Shown here: positions 8,669 to 18,090 of the stretch, piece after piece
How the letters are laid out: each line of letters opens with the position of its first letter
How positions within the stretch are numbered: the first letter of the stretch is position 1
Origin: Ruminiclostridium sp.
Lineage (GTDB): Bacteria > Bacillota > Clostridia > Oscillospirales > Ruminococcaceae
Assembly (NCBI GenBank): GCA_017941355.1
Contig: JAGAWN010000045.1
Location: forward strand, 19,711-83,710
Direction of reading: 5' to 3'
Length of the DNA: 64,000 nt
The notes under the pieces: model-generated
Told to the model about the DNA's origin: nothing
The model's input: only the letters and a program-made list of their open reading frames with translations
Databases searched by the model: none
Translations under genes and position numbers: made by a program

Positions 8669-10621
8669 ATGAATACCAACGACTTTTATAAAGAATTGTT
8701 TGAGAAGTATGCTCTCGATGAAGAGAAGATCAGACGAAACGCTATAAAAGCCGCAAAAACTCCCGCATGGCAGAGAGCGGTATCGGCTCACTGGAAAACA
8801 GCAGCAGGCGCTGCGGCTGCGGTAGCGGTAACGGTCGGTGCGGTCGCATATACAGTAGGCGGCAGCAGCGGCAATATAGTTATTGATTCCTCCGAGACCC
8901 TGCTCACGGCTTCGCAGAGACTGCATGAAGCTGAGCAGAACTACTACAACGCAGCAACAGAGGGCGAACAGGGTGAAAACAAGACCAATATCTACGTTTC
9001 GTTCCTCGATGACCTTTGTTACAGCGATATGTATGTATCTTTATCCGCTCTTCCGGATTCCGACGATATAGAGATCGAGTGTCTCTATCTGAACGATTCC
9101 ACTGTTATCCGCGGAAAGGACGCTGTTGACGCATACGCCGAAACAAGCGCTGACGTGCGGAATATTGCAGGTGCCAAGCTTTGCGCACCCGAAAAATGCT
9201 ACAGAGATATCCAGGATCTGTCAAAGGTATATCTCGCGGAGCTTAGTTCCGAGAATATAAACGACGAAACATTCTCTCCCATAGATTTCAATGACGAGGA
9301 TCCGCTTACCGACGCGAACGACTTCATCTCCACCACCGCGTCCGCGGAAGAGACAACAACACCGTTCTCGTTCACAAACGAGATCTCCTCTTCCGAACTC
9401 ACTTCGGTTCTTTCCGATACCGCTGCAGGTACGACTTCCGGTTCTCCGGCTATCGACATCACTTCCGATACAACGGAGCCGCCGGCTGAAATATCGCTCA
9501 CAGACGATACCGAGGCTGACGATCCCGAACTTATCGAAACAGACGACGATCAGAACGAGGTTTCCGTTTCCGATGACGACGACGATGATGATAACGGCGT
9601 TACCGAGATCGAGGAGAGTGAAACGGCAGCTTCCGAGGCTGCTCCCGCAGTAAGCGAGGAGGCTTACGAAACGACTGTGACCGAAGCTGAAACAACGGTT
9701 GAGGCATCTGAAATAACAGATGCGCCCACAGTCGGACTTATGACTCAGGTATATCACCTCAATGTCGCTAATTCCCTTGAAACGCTGCTTACAGGCGATC
9801 ATGCGGTAGTTCTCACACGCGGCGAGGTTTATGTATACAAGCTGGGCGGTATCATAGAGACTCAGCCTGCGGTATATGAAATATCCAATCCGAAGATCGC
9901 ATACAGTGACGACAGCATCGTGATACTCACGGGCTGCGGAGCAAGCGGACGGCGCAATACCGTAATGACGATCGACGCGGTTTCCGGCTCGGTGACCGTC
10001 AAGGACGCGGGCGAGAGTCTTGGCGAAGCGGAAATAGGCACTATCCATTACAGCCGCTCCGACAACAGATTCTTCCTGAAAGCTGTTTCGTCCTCCACAA
10101 CTCTCATGTATGAGATCACGACGACCGGAGAGATCCAGTTCAAGCCGCTGTTTGAGTTCAGCGGGGCTGTTTCTCCGGCAGGCAGCCAGAACGGCAAGCT
10201 GTGGTTTACCGCTGCCGACGACAGTATGAAATATACGCTCTACTCATTTGACTGCAACAACGGTCAGTTCGTTGCCGAAGCTTCATTCGGGACGACGTGC
10301 AAGATCCGCAGGAGCAAGAGTTTTGAGAGCTTCATCATAAGCGCTTCCGATGCAGAGAACGACGCTGCGGCAACGTATGTATTTGATACGGCTCTCGGCA
10401 GTCTGGTTCCCGTTGATATCAGCGGAGATGCCGAGATCGCGGTTGTCAACGGCACGATATATGTGGGCGTGAACGACAGGAACTACATTGTTTCCTCCGG
10501 CGGAACACTCACGGAGACCGGTAACCGTGTTTCCTATACACGCAAGTCGAACAGCAGATATGTTGTGGCTTCCACAGACTCCGAAAAGGTAGTTGTGGCA
10601 GAGGGCAGCAATTGGGGCTGA
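8669..10621 (+). CDS. Single-pass membrane protein co-transcribed with the sigma factor (putative anti-sigma factor or sensor)
   Basis: 650 aa with an AGGAGG RBS. It has a ~45-aa cytoplasmic N-terminus, one TM (AAGAAAAVAVTVGAVAYTV), an acidic low-complexity linker (DDDDDDDNG), and a large C-terminal extracytoplasmic domain. There is no zinc-finger anti-sigma motif, so the role is inferred from position alone. Confidence 0.45.
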   Translation: MNTNDFYKELFEKYALDEEKIRRNAIKAAKTPAWQRAVSAHWKTAAGAAAAVAVTVGAVAYTVGGSSGNIVIDSSETLLTASQRLHEAEQNYYNAATEGEQGENKTNIYVSFLDDLCYSDMYVSLSALPDSDDIEIECLYLNDSTVIRGKDAVDAYAETSADVRNIAGAKLCAPEKCYRDIQDLSKVYLAELSSENINDETFSPIDFNDEDPLTDANDFISTTASAEETTTPFSFTNEISSSELTSVLSDTAAGTTSGSPAIDITSDTTEPPAEISLTDDTEADDPELIETDDDQNEVSVSDDDDDDDNGVTEIEESETAASEAAPAVSEEAYETTVTEAETTVEASEITDAPTVGLMTQVYHLNVANSLETLLTGDHAVVLTRGEVYVYKLGGIIETQPAVYEISNPKIAYSDDSIVILTGCGASGRRNTVMTIDAVSGSVTVKDAGESLGEAEIGTIHYSRSDNRFFLKAVSSSTTLMYEITTTGEIQFKPLFEFSGAVSPAGSQNGKLWFTAADDSMKYTLYSFDCNNGQFVAEASFGTTCKIRRSKSFESFIISASDAENDAAATYVFDTALGSLVPVDISGDAEIAVVNGTIYVGVNDRNYIVSSGGTLTETGNRVSYTRKSNSRYVVASTDSEKVVVAEGSNWG

Positions 10622-10685
10622 AAGACGGCTCGCACTCAATTATGAGATCCGTCACAATTCATTGTCCTGAAAAGGAAATACAAAT

Positions 10686-10713
10686 ACCCGCCTGTGAAGT
10701 ATTGCAGGCGGGT
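10686..10713 (+). terminator. Hairpin downstream of the 8669-10621 gene
   Basis: ACCCGCCTG, 10-nt loop, CAGGCGGGT. No clear T-tract follows. Confidence 0.4.
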
Positions 10714-10722
10714 GTATCTATA

Positions 10723-10819
10723 GAACCGCTGATTAAATCGACATTAGAAATCTCAATGTTGATATTATATGACTTTCACGGCGTCGATTTTGGGGTAAAA
10801 GCGTTTTAATCAGTGGTTC
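10723..10819. repeat. 97-bp segment bounded by 15-bp inverted repeats
   Basis: GAACCGCTGATTAAA (10723-10737) against TTTAATCAGTGGTTC (10805-10819), 14 of 15 complementary. An inner TCGAC/GTCGA pair is also present. Confidence 0.5.
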
Positions 10820-10840
10820 CCTATTTTACGGCAGACAAAA

Positions 10841-10875
10841 CGGCGGCATACCCGTAATAACCGGGTATGCCGCCG
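10841..10875. repeat. 35-nt perfect hairpin, copy 1
   Basis: CGGCGGCATACCCG taataac CGGGTATGCCGCCG. Identical to the copy at 11029-11063. Confidence 0.85.
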
Positions 10876-11028
10876 CTGTTTGTCAATAAAGTTTGTTTAC
10901 TTTTCGCAGATGCTCGAATCTCCGTGAAACGGCATGGGTGCAGGGTCCTCCCTGCCGCGGTCCAGCCGCGTAGGCTGGCGCTGTCCGCGTAGGACGTCTG
11001 CCGAAAAAGGAACTTTTTCTACAGACTG

Positions 11029-11063
11029 CGGCGGCATACCCGTAATAACCGGGTATGCCGCCG
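11029..11063. repeat. 35-nt perfect hairpin, copy 2 (probable terminator of the ABC-F gene)
   Basis: Identical 35-mer 188 bp from copy 1. It sits 26 nt downstream of the minus-strand ABC-F stop codon. Confidence 0.85.
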
Positions 11064-11088
11064 TAAAACCTTTTTACCTGAGTATCGG

Positions 11089-12702
11089 TCAGAGCGTGAA
11101 CGTGCCGCCGGTCTGCGCCTTGCGCCACTCCACGAACTCCTCATAAGTGCCGAGCTTGTCCCAGCAGCCTTTTTCCTTTATCTCAATTATCCTGTTTGCC
11201 ACAGTCTGCACTATTTCGTGGTCATGGGAAGCGAAAAGGACGACGCCCTTGAAGTCCCGGAGACCGTTGTTTACCGCGGTTATGCTTTCGAGGTCAAGGT
11301 GGTTGGTGGGGCGGTCAAGTATCAGAGCGTTGGATTTGAACAGCATCATACGCGAGAACATACAGCGTACTTTCTCACCGCCGGACAGTACATTTACCGG
11401 TTTGAAGATATCATCTCCGGAGAATAACATTCTTCCGAGGAATCCGCGCAGATAAGTTTCTGTCACATCGTCGCTGTACTGCCGTATCCAGTCGAGTATC
11501 GACATCTCGCAGCCCGCAAAGAAGTGATCCGAGTCGATAGGGAAGTAGCTTGTGGTTATCGTGTTGCCCCACTTGTAGCTGCCCTCGTCCGGTTCAAGTT
11601 CGCCCATTATGATCTTAAACAGCGTGGTTATCGCTATTTCGCTTTCGCCGAGGAATGCGATCTTGTCCTCGCGTCCCACTGTGAACGATACATCGTCCAG
11701 CACCTTAACACCGTCAACGGTTTTGGAAAGCCCGCTTACCTGCAATATATCCTTGCCCGGTTCGCGTTCCATGTCGAAGCCGATGAACGGATAGCGGCGG
11801 CTGGAAGCGGGCATTTCCTCCACGGTCAGCTTATCGAGAAGCTTGCGGCGTGAGGTAGCCTGCTTGGACTTTGACTTGTTTGCCGAGAAACGCTGAATGA
11901 ACGTCTGGAGTTCCTTGATCTTCTCCTCATTCTTCTTGTTCTGCTGCTTTATCATGCGCTGTATCAGCTGTGAGGATTCATACCAGAACTCGTAGTTGCC
12001 CACATACATTTTTATCTTGCCGTAGTCTATATCCACCGTGTGGGTGCAGACGTTGTTAAGGAAGTGTCTGTCATGGGATACAACGATGACCGTTCCGAAG
12101 TATTCCGCGAGGAAGTCCTCCAGCCACGCCACAGCGTCTATGTCAAGGTGGTTGGTAGGCTCGTCCATGAGGATTATGTCCGGGTTGCCGAAAAGCGCCT
12201 GTGCGAGCAGCACCTTGACTTTCTCGTTACCCGCGAGGCTTGACATCTGGCTGTACATAATGCTTTCGTCAAGACCGAGACCCTGTACGAGCTTGGAAGC
12301 GTCGCTCTCGGCTTCCCAGCCGTTAAGTTCCGCAAATTCTGCCTCCAGTTCGCTGGCGCGGTTGCCGTCCTCTTCGGTGAAGTCCTCCTTTGCGTACAGT
12401 TCGTCCTTTTCCTTCATAACGTCGTAAAGGCGCTTGTTTCCCATTATCACAGTGTCCTGCACCGTATATTCGTCGAACGCGAAGTGATCCTGACGCAGTA
12501 CCGACATACGCAGATCTTTCGGGATCGTTACGCTTCCGGTTGTGGGTTCGAGTTCTCCGTTGAGTATTTTCAGAAATGTGGATTTTCCTGCTCCGTTTGC
12601 GCCTATAACGCCGTAGCAGTTCCCCTCGGTGAACAGCAGGTCAACGTCCTTGAAGAGCATCTGACCGCCGAATTGTAAGCTTACGTTTGAAACCGTTATC
12701 AT
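11089..12702 (-). CDS. ABC-F family ATPase (two ABC domains, no TM domain)
   Basis: 537 aa. Walker A GANGAGKST in the first domain, two ABC signature/Walker B sets (LAGNEKVKV...ILMDEPTNHLD and LSGGEKVRC...LILDRPTNHLD), and a charged inter-domain linker. Confidence 0.9.
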   Translation of the reverse strand: MITVSNVSLQFGGQMLFKDVDLLFTEGNCYGVIGANGAGKSTFLKILNGELEPTTGSVTIPKDLRMSVLRQDHFAFDEYTVQDTVIMGNKRLYDVMKEKDELYAKEDFTEEDGNRASELEAEFAELNGWEAESDASKLVQGLGLDESIMYSQMSSLAGNEKVKVLLAQALFGNPDIILMDEPTNHLDIDAVAWLEDFLAEYFGTVIVVSHDRHFLNNVCTHTVDIDYGKIKMYVGNYEFWYESSQLIQRMIKQQNKKNEEKIKELQTFIQRFSANKSKSKQATSRRKLLDKLTVEEMPASSRRYPFIGFDMEREPGKDILQVSGLSKTVDGVKVLDDVSFTVGREDKIAFLGESEIAITTLFKIIMGELEPDEGSYKWGNTITTSYFPIDSDHFFAGCEMSILDWIRQYSDDVTETYLRGFLGRMLFSGDDIFKPVNVLSGGEKVRCMFSRMMLFKSNALILDRPTNHLDLESITAVNNGLRDFKGVVLFASHDHEIVQTVANRIIEIKEKGCWDKLGTYEEFVEWRKAQTGGTFTL

Positions 12703-12747
12703 TGCTAAACCTCGTTCTGTTTGTTGTTATGCAAAACTGCAAATATC

Positions 12748-12776
12748 ATTATAACATATACATTCAAATAATACAA
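12748..12776 (-). promoter_or_regulatory. Sigma-A-like promoter of the ABC-F gene
   Basis: Minus strand: TTGTAT (12776-12771), 17-nt spacer, TATAAT (12753-12748). Confidence 0.5.
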
Positions 12777-12882
12777 ACGACTTTTTGAACGAAATAAACA
12801 GTTTTCGGTAACGCTGATTGTACAATTCGTACAAAACCGTCTGAGAGTAACGAAAAGTAAATCTGCGGTGTGAAAATAAAAG

Positions 12883-12908
12883 CCCCTGCCGGATATTTCC
12901 GACAGGGG
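12883..12908 (-). terminator. Rho-independent terminator after ftsZ
   Basis: Minus strand: CCCCTGTCGG aaatat CCGGCAGGGG followed by CTTTTATTTT. Confidence 0.7.
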
Positions 12909-12934
12909 AAAAAATATAATGGAGGGGATAAAAA

Positions 12935-14164
12935 TCAGCTTCTGTTTTTGAACAGGCTCTCAAGCTCGGAATAAGCGTCATCGTCGCGTGCCGCTGTGGA
13001 GCGCGAGTTGAGGAATGAAGCGAAATCGCTTCCGTTTGAGCCTGATCTGCCGGTATTTGTCGTATTTGTGATGATCTCTTCCGCCACGCTCTTTTCGGGT
13101 ACAGCCTCAAAGCTGTCCTTGAAGCAGGTCGCGATAACGGAAATGGTAATGGAATCCTTCATATCCGCGGGACCGTAGTTTGCACCTATGATGATCTCGG
13201 CGTCGGGATCGCAGGCTCTTGTGATCGCCTGCATAGCCTCGTCAACATCGGTCATGAGCGCGTCCTGGGAAAGGGTTATGTAAACCAGCAGTCTGCCTGC
13301 GTTCTTGATAGATGTTTCGAGCAGGGGGCTGTTTACTACCTGTGAAACCGCTTCATCGACCTTCTTGTCGCCCGTGCCTGTACCGATAGCGATATGAGCG
13401 TCACCGGCATTTCTTATGATAGTGCTGAGGTCGGAGAAGTCAACGTTTATCAGCGCCGTGGTATTTATCATGTCGGAAACTATCTTCACCGAGCGGTGGA
13501 GAACGTCATCTACCATGAGGAACGCCTGCGGGACAGTAAGCGCTTTCTCATTGAGCTGGAGCAGCTTCTGGTTGGGTATGATAACGAGCGCGTCAACGTG
13601 CTTTCTGATCTCGTCTATGCCTTTCATAGCCTGATTCATCTTCTGGCTGCGCTCAAAGTCGAAAGGCTTTGTAACTACACCTATGGTAAGGATACCCATT
13701 TCCTGCGCTATTTCAGCGATAACGGGAGCCGCGCCTGTACCTGTGCCGCCGCCCATACCTGCGGAGATGAACACAAGAGACGCGCCTTTCAGGTACTTCT
13801 CGATCTCTTCTCTGTCCTCGCGTGCAGCCTCGGCGCCGACTTCCGCGCGTCCGCCCGCGCCGCGTCCCTTTGCACACTTCCTGCCTATCTGAACACGGCG
13901 GATAAGGGATTTGTCTTTGTTTTTGAGTGCTGCGACATCTGTATTGACAGCAACGAATTCTATATCTACGTCATCGGCCGCCGCGTCTTTGGTCGTTTTG
14001 TCACGAAGACCTTTCTTCGCCATATTCTCAACGGCATTTCCGCCGCCTCCGCCGACACCGAATACCTTAATACGAATATCGTATATGGCGCTGTCGTCAA
14101 GGTGGTCGAACTCAGGCTCCTCTGTTTCTACTGCAAAGCCTTCTTCATCGATCTCAATTGCCAC
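12935..14164 (-). CDS. ftsZ: Cell division GTPase FtsZ
   Basis: 409 aa. Tubulin signature GGGTGTGAAP, N-terminal IKVFGVGGGGGNAV, and a C-terminal FL-type peptide. Confidence 0.97.
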   Translation of the reverse strand: MAIEIDEEGFAVETEEPEFDHLDDSAIYDIRIKVFGVGGGGGNAVENMAKKGLRDKTTKDAAADDVDIEFVAVNTDVAALKNKDKSLIRRVQIGRKCAKGRGAGGRAEVGAEAAREDREEIEKYLKGASLVFISAGMGGGTGTGAAPVIAEIAQEMGILTIGVVTKPFDFERSQKMNQAMKGIDEIRKHVDALVIIPNQKLLQLNEKALTVPQAFLMVDDVLHRSVKIVSDMINTTALINVDFSDLSTIIRNAGDAHIAIGTGTGDKKVDEAVSQVVNSPLLETSIKNAGRLLVYITLSQDALMTDVDEAMQAITRACDPDAEIIIGANYGPADMKDSITISVIATCFKDSFEAVPEKSVAEEIITNTTNTGRSGSNGSDFASFLNSRSTAARDDDAYSELESLFKNRS

Positions 14165-14391
14165 GATATTATACCTCCTGAAATTTATATATAATGACGA
14201 AATACAGAAACAAATCGTCGTTCACAATTCGCAGTGCTATGAACGCCAAACCCGCACTGTAACTGCAAATTTTCATTTTTTATTGTAGCAGATTTTGAAA
14301 GAAATTTCAATAGTTTTTTCAAAAAAAACTAAATATTTTGTGTTTTTTTTTTGAGGGAATATCTAAATGTAGTGTTTTTTGGAAACAATTG

Positions 14392-15510
14392 TTATAATTC
14401 GCTGCCGTCCCCTGCTGCGTCCGGCTCCTCCGTGCTTTCACCGCCCTGCTCAGCCTCATCTCCCGGCTCATCGCCCTCCGTTTCCTCTTCGGTGACAGGC
14501 TCCGCGGTGATAGCGGCTGTGGTTATCGGACGCTGGATAGCTCTTGACGTATCGGAAACATCGAGGGTAACGAACTCGGTTTCCGCGATATGTCCGTTGA
14601 ACAGCAATTCCCGTATGATCCTCATTTTTTCGTCGATCTGAAGTATCGAGCCGAGGTTTATCTGCACTCTGTCCTCGTATGACAGATGAATAGCCAGATT
14701 GTCGGTAATATCGACGGTGGTGATATCGTTGATGCCGGCTTTTTCGATAGCGTCGGTGATCTCACGCACCAGTTTGTCCTGCTCCTCGTCGGCTGCCTTT
14801 ATGAAGCCTCCAAGAATTATGGAATCCACAGGTTTATAGCCTATGACCGTCATGCAGCCGGGATCCTCGTTATCTATCGCCATGACACGTCCGATGTGGG
14901 ATATAAGGTAGCTGCGGTCATTATACAGGAAGTTTGCCATAGGCACCGAGCGCTCTACAGTGATCTTTATGGTGGAGGGGAAAACCTTGTCGATCTTTAC
15001 GCTGTCGAGCTTTACCAGCCTGTCCAGCATCTTTGCGGGGATCTCCGCCGTATTCAGGCGGACGAGGTTCTCGTCGCCGTTCAGACCGCTTGCGGCGAGT
15101 ATCTGCTCTTCGGTGTAATCGGATTCGCCCTCTATGATTATTTTCTCTGTGTTGAACAGAACCGTTACCGACAGTACGGCGAAGATTATGACCGCAAGTA
15201 CAGACAGCATGACGTAGTAAACGATGTTGCTGCCGCCGCGCTTGCGTCTGCGCTGTTCGCGCATTTCCTGCTCGGCAAGCCGTCTGGCTTCCTCCTCACG
15301 CTTTCTGCGCGCGGGACTTTGCGGCGGAAGCTGCTTCCTGGTCTGCGCTGCTATCTTCTGCTGCCTGCGGGAATTGTCGTTGCGCTTGTTCTTCTGAGCA
15401 TATCTGCGGGAGCGCGCGGCTTCCTCACGAAGCTTGGAATTAAGCTCCTCCTTGCTCATTTCGACTGTCCTGCTCTTGTTCAGCCTGTGAAAATCGGGAA
15501 TAACACTCAC
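14392..15510 (-). CDS. ftsQ: FtsQ/DivIB-type cell division protein (POTRA domain)
   Basis: 372 aa. Basic N-terminal region, one TM (VMLSVLAVIIFAVLSVTVLF), POTRA-like IIIEGESDYTEEQILAASGL, and the expected position in the dcw cluster. Confidence 0.75.
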   Translation of the reverse strand: MSVIPDFHRLNKSRTVEMSKEELNSKLREEAARSRRYAQKNKRNDNSRRQQKIAAQTRKQLPPQSPARRKREEEARRLAEQEMREQRRRKRGGSNIVYYVMLSVLAVIIFAVLSVTVLFNTEKIIIEGESDYTEEQILAASGLNGDENLVRLNTAEIPAKMLDRLVKLDSVKIDKVFPSTIKITVERSVPMANFLYNDRSYLISHIGRVMAIDNEDPGCMTVIGYKPVDSIILGGFIKAADEEQDKLVREITDAIEKAGINDITTVDITDNLAIHLSYEDRVQINLGSILQIDEKMRIIRELLFNGHIAETEFVTLDVSDTSRAIQRPITTAAITAEPVTEEETEGDEPGDEAEQGGESTEEPDAAGDGSEL

Positions 15511-15641
15511 CCGCCTTACTAATTAAGAGTTGGAGACCCGTTCCCGGGCGGGGCGCGTATAAGCGGATATCCGCGCGATCCCGCGGGAAACGGTTTTTAT
15601 ATCATAGTGATGCTTGTTTGCGAATATAATTGAGTAAAAGG

Positions 15642-16913
15642 TCAAAGGGTACGGATATCCGCTCCCACACCTTTCAGGCAGCCCTCGATATCCTCGTAGC
15701 CGCGGTTGATGTAGCAGATATGTCCGATCTTTGTGATACCCTCTGCGAACAGCGCGGCAGTTACCATTGCGGCACCTCCCCGGAGGTCTCCGGCTTCAAG
15801 CTCGGCACCGGTAAGGCGGTTCACGCCCTCTACCACGGCAACTCTGCCTTCCACTCTGATGTTCGCTCCCAGTCGGGTAAGTTCGCTTACATGACGGTAA
15901 CGGTTCTCGAAGATAGTCTCCGCGAACATCGTGGTTCCCGGAAGCGTTGAGCAGAGTGCCATAAGCGGCGGCTGCGCGTCTGTCGGAAAACCGGGATAAG
16001 GCGCGGTGCGTATCTGCTGCGGTGCTTTCAGTGTTCTGCGGGCATTTAGATAAATGCTGCCGCCGCCGAAAGCGTAAATGCTGCACCCGATCTGCTCAAG
16101 GACAGGTACCACAAGCCCGAGAGAAGTCATATCCGCGTGAGTCAGCAGCACCTCTCCCCGGGTTATTGCCCCGCAGCACAGGTATGTCGCCGCCGCTATC
16201 CGATCCGGCATGACCGTGTATCGGCAGCCGTTCAGACGTCTGACACCCTCGATATGTATTGTTCCGGTGCCTGCACCCTCGATCTTCGCTCCGCATCGTA
16301 TGAGAAATCCCGCGAGATCGCATATTTCCGGCTCCCTTGCCGCGTTGTGGATCTCTGTACTGCCCTCCGCAAGCACCGCCGCGAGCATTACGTTCTCGGT
16401 GGCACCGACAGACGGCACGGGAAATGATATCTTTGCTCCTCTCAGCTTGGCGGCGGTGCAGGAGATGTAACCATGCTCCTCGCGTATCCTCGCACCCATT
16501 CTTCGGAAAGCGTCAAGGTGGAAATCTATGGGGCGGGAACCTATCTCACAGCCTCCCGGAAATGACAGCCTGCACTGTCCCGTTCGCCCCAGAAGCGCGC
16601 CCATGAATATAATGGACGACCGCATCTCACGCATCAGCTTTTCAGAGACTTCGGAAGTGCTGAGCGCGGAAGCGTCTGTGCAGACCACGTTTCCCTCGCG
16701 GCGGCAGGAACAGCCGAGCGCGGTCAGGATCCTGCACGCAGCATCGCAGTCCGACAGTCTCGGACAGTTGTAAAGCTCCGTCTGTCCTTTGCAAAGCACT
16801 GCTGCCGCCAACAACGGAAGTGCGCTGTTTTTCGCGCCCTGTACCGCTATCTCGCCCTCGATGCGCCGTCCTCCTCTTATGATGAGTCTGCGCTGTTCAG
16901 ACATACATATCAC
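15642..16913 (-). CDS. murA: UDP-N-acetylglucosamine 1-carboxyvinyltransferase
   Basis: 423 aa. IIRGGRRIEGEIAVQGAKNSALPLLAAAV and the characteristic EPSP-synthase-fold repeats. The true start may be Met4 (16904). Confidence 0.92.
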   Translation of the reverse strand: MICMSEQRRLIIRGGRRIEGEIAVQGAKNSALPLLAAAVLCKGQTELYNCPRLSDCDAACRILTALGCSCRREGNVVCTDASALSTSEVSEKLMREMRSSIIFMGALLGRTGQCRLSFPGGCEIGSRPIDFHLDAFRRMGARIREEHGYISCTAAKLRGAKISFPVPSVGATENVMLAAVLAEGSTEIHNAAREPEICDLAGFLIRCGAKIEGAGTGTIHIEGVRRLNGCRYTVMPDRIAAATYLCCGAITRGEVLLTHADMTSLGLVVPVLEQIGCSIYAFGGGSIYLNARRTLKAPQQIRTAPYPGFPTDAQPPLMALCSTLPGTTMFAETIFENRYRHVSELTRLGANIRVEGRVAVVEGVNRLTGAELEAGDLRGGAAMVTAALFAEGITKIGHICYINRGYEDIEGCLKGVGADIRTL

Positions 16914-16968
16914 CCTTTTTCTGCGTTTTTTCTCATATTATGCAGAAAAAGGGGATTTGGTGATTATA

Positions 16969-18090
16969 TCATATTTTGTCTTTTATCAGGTCAAGTATGT
17001 TACCTACCACAAGATCCGTGGAATTGGGGATATTCAGCTTTGCGGAGGCTTCTCCCATTGCGGCAAGGCGTTCTCTGTCATTGTACAGCGCCTTTACCTC
17101 GGTGAGCAGCCGTTCCGCGGACAAGTCCTTGTCCTCGATCAGTATTGCCGCGCCGTTCTTGCTCATGGTGAGCGCGTTGTAATACTGATGATTCTCGGCA
17201 GCCTGCGGGAAAGGTATCAGTATTGCCGGTCTGCCTGCGGCTTTAAGCTCTGTAAGCGTCATTGCGCCCGCGCGGGAGATGACGAGATCCGCCGCGCTGA
17301 GACAGGTGTACATATTGTCGATGTACTCCCGGAATCGGAACCGTTCGTTAGGCTCTATGCCGTTGTTTTTCAGCAGCCCGTCGAACATATCCCGTCCGTT
17401 GCCGCCGAATGAATGTATATGATTGATGCCGCCGGTTTCCTGCTCCCATTTGAGCAGTCCTACGACGGATTCGCTTATCTTGTTTGCTCCGAGGCTTCCG
17501 CCGAAAGAAACTATCGTCATGCCGTCCGGCAGTCCGAGGTGCTTTCTTGCTGCGCTTCGTTCCTCAATGGGGATATTGCTGCGCAGGGGATTTCCGGTTA
17601 CGACGCAGTTGTCCTTGTGGGAAAGATGCGCGATAACGTCCTCGTTTGCGGCAAGCACCTTGTCAACGTGTTTGGAAAGCATTGTGGTGGTTATGCCGGG
17701 GAGGGAATTGCTCTCATGGACGGCGGTTTTTATGCCCATTTTGGCGGCAGCCGTCAGTACCGGCGCGCACACATACCCGCCTGTGCCTATCGCCACGTCC
17801 GGTGCGAACTCTTTAAGCAGCTTGTGGGCGTCCCCGCGGGCTGTGATGTAGTAATGCACAGCCTGAATGTTGCGCTTTATATTCTGCGGCGTCAGTTTGC
17901 GCTGCAAGCCCGCCATTTTAAACGCGGTGAAGTCGTAACCCGCCTTTTTGACGAGACGTTCCTCCATGCCGCCCTGTGCGCCGACGAACTTTATCACCGC
18001 ATCGGGAAAGAGCTGCTTTATCTTGTCCGCGATAGCAAGCGCGGGATTGATGTGACCCGCAGTTCCGCCTGCGGCAAGTATGACTCTCAT
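16969..18090 (-). CDS. murG: Undecaprenyl-PP-MurNAc-pentapeptide GlcNAc transferase
   Basis: 373 aa. MRVILAAGGTAGHINPALAIA N-terminus and dcw synteny. Confidence 0.93.
   Translation of the reverse strand: MRVILAAGGTAGHINPALAIADKIKQLFPDAVIKFVGAQGGMEERLVKKAGYDFTAFKMAGLQRKLTPQNIKRNIQAVHYYITARGDAHKLLKEFAPDVAIGTGGYVCAPVLTAAAKMGIKTAVHESNSLPGITTTMLSKHVDKVLAANEDVIAHLSHKDNCVVTGNPLRSNIPIEERSAARKHLGLPDGMTIVSFGGSLGANKISESVVGLLKWEQETGGINHIHSFGGNGRDMFDGLLKNNGIEPNERFRFREYIDNMYTCLSAADLVISRAGAMTLTELKAAGRPAILIPFPQAAENHQYYNALTMSKNGAAILIEDKDLSAERLLTEVKALYNDRERLAAMGEASAKLNIPNSTDLVVGNILDLIKDKI

Noticed and set aside
10883-11128. 81-aa and 70-aa ORFs between the duplicated hairpins
   Set aside because: They are GC-rich Arg/Ala/Pro-heavy frames without an RBS, and they overlap the 3' end and terminator of the ABC-F gene.
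11089-12702. ABC-F protein as the missing ATPase partner of the FtsX permease
   Set aside because: The architecture of two fused ABC domains with a charged linker and no coupling to TM domains is typical of translation-associated ABC-F factors, not MacB-type transporter ATPases. The gene is also on the opposite strand, 3 kb away.
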